From the IMG/VR virus record IMGVR_UViG_3300040816_000489, positions 1 through 28,354 of that record: DNA of 28,354 nucleotides. One strand, given 5' to 3'. The position numbers and the translations under genes were made by a program. Source of the stretch: a virus (taxonomy: Duplodnaviria > Caudoviricetes). The notes below the pieces were generated by a model that searched no databases, had not been told where the DNA came from, and worked only from the letters and a program-made list of their open reading frames with translations. Positions 9,791 through 16,542 of this stretch are shown one piece after another. Each line of letters begins with the position of its first letter. Position 1 is the first letter of the stretch.

Positions 9791-12700
9791 ATGGCGGATA
9801 TTAAAAACTTTGGTATCAAAGGTATATCGTCAGACGTTCAAATGGGTAAAAGTGGCGGTCGTTTAAAGTACGATGCTAGTAATAACCGATTTGATCTAAC
9901 TCAATCAGATGGCTCAACACTAGAAGACATACGTTTTGGTAGTGTAACATCAGGTAGTTGGACAGCAACGTCTATAGGCGCACAATACGGTGGTACTGGC
10001 CAAGACTTTAGTTCCTCTACAGGTATAGTTACATTTTCTAGCGGTACAGCAAGTGCTGGTAATATTTCATTAAGTGATTCAACTTTAATTGATAGTACTA
10101 GTCAACTTCCAGTAGAACAGGGTGGTACAGGGGCAACTTCAGCCTCAGGTGCCAGAACTGCGTTAGGATTAGGTAACATTGCAACTCAGGCTTCAAACAG
10201 TATAGATATTGATGGCGGCGCCATTGATGGAACTGCTATTGGTGCCAATAGTGCAAGTACTATTGTAGGAACAACAATAACAGCAAATTCCGGCTTTACA
10301 GGAAATTTAACAGGTGTGGCAGATGACGCAGATGGTCTTTCATCAGCGGTTACTGTAGCATTAACTGGCGACATTACTGGAAGTGCAACTTTCCAAGACG
10401 CTGGTGATACTGCATCTATCACAACCACATTACCTACTGTTAATAGTAATACAGGTTCATTTGGTAGTTCAAGTGCTATTCCAGTAATTACTGTTAATGC
10501 TAAAGGGCAAATCACAGCAGTTACTACTGCGGCAACTTCAAGTGTATTAACAATCGGTGCTGATAATGGCAGTGATGATACTGTAACAGTTGGAACAGAT
10601 ACCCTTAACTTTGTAGGTACAAGTAACGAAATAGAAACAACAGTTAGTGATAACCAAATTCAAATTGGTTTACCTGATGACGTAACAATAGGTAATAACC
10701 TAAGTGTTACAGGTAGTTTCTTATCAGATGATATTACTTCTAGTGCGATTAGCATTGCAGGTGATGCCACAATTACTGGTAACTTAACAGTACAAGGTAC
10801 GCAAACTGTAATTGAATCAACAACCGTACAAACTGAAGATGCAATCTTCAGAGTAAACAGTAACGGTGCAGACACTGATGCTGGGTTTGAAGCAAATGCA
10901 AACGGTGTAATCAAACAAATCCTTTACACATCAGTTGGTGATGAGTGGGACTTTGGTTCAGAAAATGTTAAGGCTTCATCTTTTGAAGGTGACTTAACAG
11001 GTGATGTAACTGGTGATGTAACTGGTACAGTTAGCAGTATTGCTAACCATAACACTGGTAATTTAAGTGAAGGGTCAAACCTTTATTATACAACTGCAAG
11101 AGCAAATAGTGCCATAGATGCATATATTAGTGGCGACACTGGTATTACTGTAACAAGTGGTGCAATTGACCTAGATGATACTGCGGTAACTCCAGGAGCA
11201 TATGGTAGTTCTACAGCAGTTCCTACTTTTACAGTAGATCAGCAAGGTAGAATCACAGCGGCTGGTACAGCAAGTATCTCTACTTCACTAACAATCCAAT
11301 CAGACGATGCGGCGGATAACGTTGTAGCATTAGCAACTGATAAGTTGAAGTTATTAGGTGGTAACAACATTACTACTTCTAACTCAGCGGATGATGTTAC
11401 GATTACACTAGATAGTACACTAACAGGCTTAACAGCAGTTACAGCCTCAGGTGCTATTACTGGTGGTAGTCTTACTGACGGTACAGCAACAATGACAGGT
11501 GGAGCCCTTACTGGCTTAACTGGTGCATTAACTACATCAGGAACTGTAACAGGTGGTACATTAACTGACGGTACATTAAGTATTAATTCTGGTAATATTA
11601 CATCAGGTGTAAATGCAACATTTAGTGGTGCAGTTGAAGGCGGCAGTTTAACTGACGGTACTTTAACAGCAACAAGTGGTGCTATTACTGGTGCAACTAA
11701 CATTACTGGTTCAGGTACATTAACTGGTGGAACATTAACTGACGGTACTGCTTCTATGAGCAGTGGTGCTTTAACAGGCGTAACAAATGTTACTGCTTCA
11801 GGCACAGTACAGTTTGGTTCATTAAGTGACGGTTCAATCACTGTTACTGCATTCGTTGATGAGGACAATATGGCATCAGATAGTGCTACATTGATTCCTA
11901 CACAACAATCAGTTAAAGCATACGTTGATGCTTCAGTTGGTGCGGCAACATTAAATGTTGACGGTGATTCAACTACAGGATCAATTGATCTTGATAGTGC
12001 TAACTTAGGTATCCTAGGCACAAGCAATGAAATTACAACTAGCATGTCTGGTGGTAATCTTACTATTGCATTAGCAGATTCAGTAAGTGGTCTAACAAGT
12101 GTTAGTGCTACAACAATTACTGATGGTACTGCTTCTTTGAGTGCAGGTGCTCTAACAGGTGTTACTAGTATTGCTACATCAGGTGATGTAACAGTTGGTG
12201 GTAACTTAACTGTAAGTGGTTCAACAACAAGTGTAAACTCAACTAACACAACTATTGAAGATACATTACTTGTTTTACAATCAGGCTTAACTGGTGCTAA
12301 CCCTAACGATATCGGTCTTATCCTTGAAAGAGGTTCAGATGGCGATAACGGATTCTTAGGTTGGGATCAGAGTGAAGATAGATTCATGGCGGCTACAACA
12401 ACTGCTGATGGTTCAGGTACAGGTGACTTGACACTAACAGCGGCTGATTTTGAAGCGGCAGGGTTGATTGGTACAAGTGCTACAATCAGTGGTGCAGTAA
12501 GTTTTGGTACATTAACAGACTCAGGTGAGAGCATTGCTGTTACTAAGTTTGTTGATGAAGCAGATGGCATTAGCAATAATGACAATGATACTACTATTCC
12601 AACTTCAGCGGCAGTTATTGACTACGTTGAAAACAATGGTGGTGACGGCCTCTTATTAAGAGCGTCATTTACTGCGGACAGTAGTGCAACTACTTTTGAC

Positions 12701-13015
12701 ATTGGTACTGTGCCAAACGTTGCAGGTAGAACTTACTATGCTGAAAAGATTGTATTTAAAGTAAGTACAGCATTTAGTGGTGGTTCATTTAACCATATTC
12801 TTGTTAAAGAAAATGGCGGTTCAGGTAATACAATAGTAGCGGCGGTTGACGCAGATGCATCAACTCTCGGTTCATACATTGTAGAACTTGATGGTGATGA
12901 TACACTAACTAAGAATGCTAGTGTACAAGTTCAATTCATGCAGGCAGATGGTAGCACACCGGCTACAACAACTTCTGGTGTAATGGTTGCAAGTGTACAT
13001 TACAATTATGTATAA
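9791..13015 (+). CDS. long virion fibre / structural protein with internal repeats
   Basis: 1074 aa, very T/S/G/D-rich. Shares ITVxxxGxIT fibre modules with the 4820 ORF; GGTG and GDLTGDVTG motifs typical of phage fibres. Confidence 0.8.
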   Translation: MADIKNFGIKGISSDVQMGKSGGRLKYDASNNRFDLTQSDGSTLEDIRFGSVTSGSWTATSIGAQYGGTGQDFSSSTGIVTFSSGTASAGNISLSDSTLIDSTSQLPVEQGGTGATSASGARTALGLGNIATQASNSIDIDGGAIDGTAIGANSASTIVGTTITANSGFTGNLTGVADDADGLSSAVTVALTGDITGSATFQDAGDTASITTTLPTVNSNTGSFGSSSAIPVITVNAKGQITAVTTAATSSVLTIGADNGSDDTVTVGTDTLNFVGTSNEIETTVSDNQIQIGLPDDVTIGNNLSVTGSFLSDDITSSAISIAGDATITGNLTVQGTQTVIESTTVQTEDAIFRVNSNGADTDAGFEANANGVIKQILYTSVGDEWDFGSENVKASSFEGDLTGDVTGDVTGTVSSIANHNTGNLSEGSNLYYTTARANSAIDAYISGDTGITVTSGAIDLDDTAVTPGAYGSSTAVPTFTVDQQGRITAAGTASISTSLTIQSDDAADNVVALATDKLKLLGGNNITTSNSADDVTITLDSTLTGLTAVTASGAITGGSLTDGTATMTGGALTGLTGALTTSGTVTGGTLTDGTLSINSGNITSGVNATFSGAVEGGSLTDGTLTATSGAITGATNITGSGTLTGGTLTDGTASMSSGALTGVTNVTASGTVQFGSLSDGSITVTAFVDEDNMASDSATLIPTQQSVKAYVDASVGAATLNVDGDSTTGSIDLDSANLGILGTSNEITTSMSGGNLTIALADSVSGLTSVSATTITDGTASLSAGALTGVTSIATSGDVTVGGNLTVSGSTTSVNSTNTTIEDTLLVLQSGLTGANPNDIGLILERGSDGDNGFLGWDQSEDRFMAATTTADGSGTGDLTLTAADFEAAGLIGTSATISGAVSFGTLTDSGESIAVTKFVDEADGISNNDNDTTIPTSAAVIDYVENNGGDGLLLRASFTADSSATTFDIGTVPNVAGRTYYAEKIVFKVSTAFSGGSFNHILVKENGGSGNTIVAAVDADASTLGSYIVELDGDDTLTKNASVQVQFMQADGSTPATTTSGVMVASVHYNYV
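11462..11835 (+). repeat. degenerate tandem repeat of about 29-30 aa (GGxLTDGT...GAxTG) inside the fibre gene
   Basis: ACTGACGGTAC core recurs with 87-90 nt spacing (about 11474, 11564, 11651, 11738), with a degenerate fifth copy (AGTGACGGTTC) at about 11825. Confidence 0.8.
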
Positions 13016-13034
13016 TAGTTAGCAATGACTCTAT

Positions 13035-13058
13035 AGGGCTCTTAGGAGCCCTTTTTTT
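13035..13058 (+). terminator. Rho-independent terminator ending the structural operon
   Basis: AGGGCTC-ttag-GAGCCCT followed by TTTTTT. Confidence 0.9.
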
Positions 13059-13060
13059 AT

Positions 13061-13068
13061 GATAAATA
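13061..13068 (+). promoter_or_regulatory. putative late promoter (GATAAATA) driving the riboswitch transcript
   Basis: Lies directly after the terminator and is followed by the perfect hairpin ATGTAACA-gcaa-TGTTACAT (13072-13091). Confidence 0.65.
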
Positions 13069-13089
13069 AATATGTAACAGCAATGTTAC

Positions 13090-13137
13090 ATCGTTCATCT
13101 CGAAAGAGACGGAAGTAGTCATAAGACGAAGGAACGC
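13090..13137 (+). ncRNA. glutamine riboswitch aptamer 1 (glnA RNA motif)
   Basis: P1 CGTTC/GAACG, P2 TCTC-gaaa-GAGA, junction CGGAAGTA, P3 GTC-ataa-GAC, GAAG E-loop strand and trailing C. Matches the three-way-junction/E-loop architecture of glnA aptamers as I recall it. Confidence 0.85.
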
Positions 13138-13141
13138 CGAA

Positions 13142-13202
13142 ATCGTTCATTCACTCTAAATGTAGCAGTGAACGGAAGTAGGTAATAGTACCGAAGGAAC
13201 GC
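13142..13202 (+). ncRNA. glutamine riboswitch aptamer 2 (glnA RNA motif, tandem copy)
   Basis: Same invariant blocks (ATCGTTCAT, ACGGAAGTAG, CGAAGGAACGC) with different but still paired stems: P2 TTCACT...AGTGAA, P3 GGTA-atag-TACC. Confidence 0.85.
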
Positions 13203-13223
13203 ATCTTTGTAAAAGGAGATGAC

Positions 13224-13385
13224 ATGACTAAGTATCAAATAGCACAATTCAAACGTGCAGTGAAACGTGATTTGTCCAAAAAATTCAGCAAGCCTGAAAA
13301 TAAGTTATCTAGTGTAAGATATAATTTCCCCAGAGAACCTGAGAGAAGTTTACCTGACTACATAGCAAATAACCCTTGGTATTAA
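13224..13385 (+). CDS. 53-aa small protein downstream of the tandem riboswitch
   Basis: MTKYQIAQFKRAVKRDLSKKFSKPENKLSSVRYNFPREPERSLPDYIANNPWY*. SD AAGGAG at 13213-13218, terminator right after the stop. Below the ORF-track cut-off. Confidence 0.8.
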   Translation: MTKYQIAQFKRAVKRDLSKKFSKPENKLSSVRYNFPREPERSLPDYIANNPWY

Positions 13386-13391
13386 TCAATT

Positions 13392-13410
13392 AAGGGGCTA
13401 CGGCCCCTTT
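13392..13410. terminator. hairpin terminator between convergent genes (possibly bidirectional)
   Basis: AAGGGGC-tacg-GCCCCTTT with a cUACGg tetraloop. Overlaps the stop codon of the minus-strand ORF. Confidence 0.75.
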
Positions 13411-13973
13411 CTATCACTTACAAGAAAACTTAAACACAATAATTGCGTATCTACCATACTTTGATTCGGAGTGAATCCCCATGGGATATGTGAAGGCCAA
13501 AATATATATTTAAAGTTTCTAGGTGCTACTGAAAAGTTTCGTTTTTGTGTTCTATGTCTATCTGCATAAGTTCTAATAGAGAAATCTTCTAAGTATAAAT
13601 GACTACCTTTATTAGTAGATTGTAGCCAACAGCACCCATTGTACCATCTACATGATTCCATGTTTATAGGATAACTATGATCTGGTTTTATACTTACTAT
13701 ATATGGGTTTAGTATGTCTACTTCTGTTTTAACATCTAAGAATTGTTTCTTTGCATGGTTTATAAATGTATTCCCCATTAGAAATGCTAGTTGTTGAAAT
13801 GAATTTTCTAAAGGTATTTCTCTATCTGTAATAGACCCAAAGTTCATTTTTTGAGCCTTGCCTGAGTCTAAATCTTTTATTAAGTCTTTTCGTAATGTAT
13901 TTTTAATAGTACTATCTATTTGTAATGTGCCTTCAAATACATAATTAGGGAATAAATTTATTGTTTTTGCCAT
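13398..13973 (-). CDS. 2OG-Fe(II) oxygenase-fold protein (TIGR02466-like), metal ligands apparently lost
   Basis: N-terminal NLFPNYV and C-terminal YIFWPSHIPWGFTPNQS...LSF echo the LFPT.../FPSWLxHxVxPN...RxSxSFN pattern. Start reassigned to the ATG at 13973 (MAKTINLF). Confidence 0.55.
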   Translation of the reverse strand: MAKTINLFPNYVFEGTLQIDSTIKNTLRKDLIKDLDSGKAQKMNFGSITDREIPLENSFQQLAFLMGNTFINHAKKQFLDVKTEVDILNPYIVSIKPDHSYPINMESCRWYNGCCWLQSTNKGSHLYLEDFSIRTYADRHRTQKRNFSVAPRNFKYIFWPSHIPWGFTPNQSMVDTQLLCLSFLVSDRKGP

Positions 13974-13994
13974 ACTACTATTTAACAAAAAAGG

Positions 13995-14023
13995 TTGACT
14001 TTGATTAATAAAACTAGTATAAT
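13995..14023 (+). promoter_or_regulatory. sigma70-type early promoter, leaderless start
   Basis: TTGACT-17 bp-TATAAT, A-rich UP-like tract upstream, ATG at 14030 lies 6 nt after the -10 box. Confidence 0.8.
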
Positions 14024-14029
14024 ATGTGT

Positions 14030-14617
14030 ATGAAAAAAGATAAAATTATATTAACAGACTGCGATGGTGTAGTATTAGATTGGGAAGAAGGCTTCTCAGT
14101 TTGGATGGAACATCACGGACATTCAACTGTGGAAGGATACAAAACAATGTATAATGTTGGTGACCGTTATGGTATAAGCAAAGAGCAAGGTTCCCAAATG
14201 GTAAAAGTGTTTAACGAAAGTGCGGCAATAGGATTTTTGCCACCGCTTAGAGACGCTCAATACTTTGTCAAAAAGTTACACGAGCAACATCAATACAAGT
14301 TCATAGCAATTACAAGTTTAAGTTTAGACCCATATGCAAAAGAATTAAGAACTCGAAATCTTAATAAATTATTTGGTGATGCATTTATAGAGGTAGTGTG
14401 TTTAGATACTGGTGCAGATAAAAATGAAATACTTGCAGAATATGGACCTAAGTATGCTGGTAACTATTGGATAGAAGATAAACCAGAAAATTTACAAGCA
14501 GGTATTAATGTAGGACTTACAGGTATACTTGTAGAGCATGGCCATAACATGGATTATGAAGGTGATGCTACAGTTGTTAAGAATTGGAAAGAAATTTATA
14601 ATTTAATTACGAGGTAG
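14030..14617 (+). CDS. HAD-superfamily phosphatase / 5'(3')-deoxyribonucleotidase (T4 gp30.2-like)
   Basis: Motif I ILTDCDGV, motif II ITS, motif III K, motif IV WIEDKPEN. Start moved from 14024 to 14030. Confidence 0.85.
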   Translation: MKKDKIILTDCDGVVLDWEEGFSVWMEHHGHSTVEGYKTMYNVGDRYGISKEQGSQMVKVFNESAAIGFLPPLRDAQYFVKKLHEQHQYKFIAITSLSLDPYAKELRTRNLNKLFGDAFIEVVCLDTGADKNEILAEYGPKYAGNYWIEDKPENLQAGINVGLTGILVEHGHNMDYEGDATVVKNWKEIYNLITR

Positions 14618-14619
14618 AA

Positions 14620-15282
14620 ATGTTCCCAACATTAGAAGTTATATCAGTTAGTTGTGCCATTCATAGAATTAATAATGGATTTATTAGTAAACAAGCAGTT
14701 CAACTAGATAAAAAACATGAAGGCAAAAAGGCTAATAGCGACTTGTTATATTCTTATTTTTTCTCTGAAAACAAAGTAGCCGTTTTACAAGAAGATAGAG
14801 ATTTAGCAGTAGAAGTTATAGACTATTTAAAAGGATTAAGTTTCAAAGCAATAGAACGTGAACTTACTGACTTTGAATCTAATGTACTTAAATTAGTAAA
14901 TACTGTTGAAATCGGTAAAGATAAAATTGGAATGGCTTCTAGTTTACCTAGAGTATATATTAATAAAATAGATCAAGACAATTGGACTAGTAGAGAAACA
15001 CAATTATCTACTACTAGCCAAGCAATTGGAGAATTAAATAATAGAAGTTCTTTTGATGCAACTATTGAATATGTACGATATATTCCTAAGACAATGAGTT
15101 ATCTAATTTCATGTAGTGTAGACGATAAACATATTCTTAAATTTTTTGCTGATAAACTTATAAAGCCAGGCACCAATATTAAAATTGAAGGCTATGTAAA
15201 ATCTCAAAATAGAGGACGTTATCACAACGGTATTGAAACTATTATCAACAGAACTAATATATCTGAAGTCATTAATAACTGA
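14620..15282 (+). CDS. hypothetical protein, possible C-terminal OB-fold
   Basis: 220 aa, SD GAGG. C-terminal beta pattern (IKPGTNIKIEGYVK...ETIINR) is reminiscent of OB folds. Confidence 0.65.
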   Translation: MFPTLEVISVSCAIHRINNGFISKQAVQLDKKHEGKKANSDLLYSYFFSENKVAVLQEDRDLAVEVIDYLKGLSFKAIERELTDFESNVLKLVNTVEIGKDKIGMASSLPRVYINKIDQDNWTSRETQLSTTSQAIGELNNRSSFDATIEYVRYIPKTMSYLISCSVDDKHILKFFADKLIKPGTNIKIEGYVKSQNRGRYHNGIETIINRTNISEVINN

Positions 15283-15311
15283 TAAATACTACTACAATAG
15301 GTAGGAGTATT
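15281..15311 (+). promoter_or_regulatory. late promoter GATAAATA plus SD-sequestering hairpin
   Basis: AATACTACTAC (15285-15295) pairs 10 of 11 with GTAGGAGTATT (15301-15311), which contains the SD AGGAG. Confidence 0.7.
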
Positions 15312-15313
15312 AC

Positions 15314-15643
15314 ATGACAGAAGAAGTAACCAAAACAGCGACACACCATCCTGCCGATACAAACGGAGATGGTAAAGTGTCAAAAGCAGAAGAGGCTATG
15401 TACCTCGAATTTAAACGTAAAGAATTAGAAGACGCAGATGCTATGAGAGATGCCCAACGTAAGATGGCATGGTTCTCATTATTTGGAATGCTATTATATC
15501 CGTTTGCGGTTGTAGTTGCAAGTTTAGCCGGCTTAGATGAAGCACAAAAAACACTAGGCAGTATGGCACCAACATACTTTGTAGCAGTAGCAGGTATTGT
15601 TGCCGCATTCTTTGGTGCTCAAGCATTTGCTAAAGGTAAGTAA
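15314..15643 (+). CDS. small two-TM membrane protein with an EF-hand-like loop (holin candidate)
   Basis: DTNGDGKVSKAE loop, two hydrophobic helices (MAWFSLFGMLLYPFAVVVASLAG; YFVAVAGIVAAFFGAQAF), basic C-terminus. Confidence 0.6.
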   Translation: MTEEVTKTATHHPADTNGDGKVSKAEEAMYLEFKRKELEDADAMRDAQRKMAWFSLFGMLLYPFAVVVASLAGLDEAQKTLGSMAPTYFVAVAGIVAAFFGAQAFAKGK

Positions 15644-15648
15644 ATTAT

Positions 15649-15957
15649 ATGTTCACTAAACACTTTGTAAGAATGTTGACACGAGAAGAACTCAGTGATG
15701 AGGACGTTATTGTGTATCACGACATTGTGCAAAGTGTTGTACCAACAAAAGTACTTACTGCATACGATGAAGAAAAAGAACAAGTTGGTATAGAAGTTAT
15801 TGGTTATACCAGCGAAGATTCTGAAGGCGATATGTGGATATATGAAATTATTCTTGTAGACGAGATTGATGCAGAAGAAGGCGATAAAATATCAGAAGTT
15901 CTTTTTGATGAGTTCGAAGATATACAATTTACATTTGAAGCATCAGTAGAAGTATGA
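15649..15957 (+). CDS. acidic hypothetical protein
   Basis: 102-aa D/E-rich ORF, tightly packed, ATGA overlap with the next gene. Confidence 0.7.
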   Translation: MFTKHFVRMLTREELSDEDVIVYHDIVQSVVPTKVLTAYDEEKEQVGIEVIGYTSEDSEGDMWIYEIILVDEIDAEEGDKISEVLFDEFEDIQFTFEASVEV

Positions 15958-16157
15958 TCATAACCGTCCATTACGTGGACAACGAATTTGTTGCATTTGA
16001 TGAAAATAATAATAGGGTTACTGATAGAAACATCTTAGAACAAATTACTTTTCAACCTTTTCCAGGATACAAAGGTGTATTAACATTTAATATACCAACC
16101 GATAAAACTACTCCAACTATATCTGAACCTTTAGATATTAATATAAACCTCAAATAA
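15954..16157 (+). CDS. hypothetical protein
   Basis: 67 aa, ATGA-coupled to the upstream ORF, ends just before a promoter. Confidence 0.6.
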   Translation: MIITVHYVDNEFVAFDENNNRVTDRNILEQITFQPFPGYKGVLTFNIPTDKTTPTISEPLDININLK

Positions 16158-16160
16158 CAG

Positions 16161-16189
16161 TTGACTTAGCCGATAATACCTGTTATACT
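16161..16189 (+). promoter_or_regulatory. sigma70-type promoter
   Basis: TTGACT-17 bp-TATACT with an extended TG. A late-like AATAAATA follows at 16201-16208. Confidence 0.75.
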
Positions 16190-16233
16190 GTTACAACACA
16201 AATAAATATTAATGTTGATACAAAGAGGTAAAT

Positions 16234-16500
16234 ATGTCAGGATTCAACAAAACATTCAATCAAGAAGAAATCGCAAGACTTAAAAAATTAATTCAAGAAG
16301 GCGACCAAGTACTTTACGAAGTAGATGCTCTAAATGAAGGCTTACGTGATACTGTAAAGGCTATAGCAGAAGAAATGCAATTAAAACCAAGCATTTTAAT
16401 GAAAGCCGTAAAAGTTGCACATAAGGCTAAGTTTACAGATGAACGTAATAACTTTGACGAATTAGAAACAATTTTAGAAGTCGTTGGTAAAACCCTTTAA
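16234..16500 (+). CDS. T4 DsbA / GapR-like double-stranded DNA-binding protein
   Basis: 88-aa helical protein (LKKLIQEG...LRDTVKAIAEEMQLKPSILMKAVKVAHK) with the size and pattern of the DsbA/DUF2312 family. SD GAGGT. Confidence 0.65.
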   Translation: MSGFNKTFNQEEIARLKKLIQEGDQVLYEVDALNEGLRDTVKAIAEEMQLKPSILMKAVKVAHKAKFTDERNNFDELETILEVVGKTL

Positions 16501-16507
16501 TAATCAT

Positions 16508-16536
16508 TTGACTTCAGCACTAATCTGCTGTACAAT
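16508..16536 (+). promoter_or_regulatory. sigma70-type promoter, leaderless start for the DNA polymerase
   Basis: TTGACT-17 bp-TACAAT. ATG at 16543 lies 6 nt after the -10 box, no SD. Confidence 0.8.
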
Positions 16537-16542
16537 ACAAGT

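Noticed and set aside
11239-12249. 336-aa minus-strand ORF and other antisense ORFs over the fibre, clpA, polymerase and que genes
   Set aside because: Shadow frames of biased, repetitive sense codons (V/P/A/L-rich, no SD or promoter, no motifs).
13090-13202. Possible mini-CRISPR or simple tandem duplication
   Set aside because: Only two units, and the conserved blocks are interrupted by variable self-complementary stems, which fits a structured RNA aptamer. No cas genes are present.
13219-13227. ATG-ACA-TGA micro-ORF overlapping the small-protein start
   Set aside because: It directly abuts the SD with no spacer, whereas the ATG at 13224 has proper spacing. No evidence of function.
16177-16230. 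Possible anti-SD pairing TACCT/AGGTA and CAACA/TGTTG before the DsbA-like gene
   Set aside because: Short, interrupted helices, and the 5' arm lies upstream of the start of the gene's own sigma70 promoter. Too weak to count with the other four hairpins.
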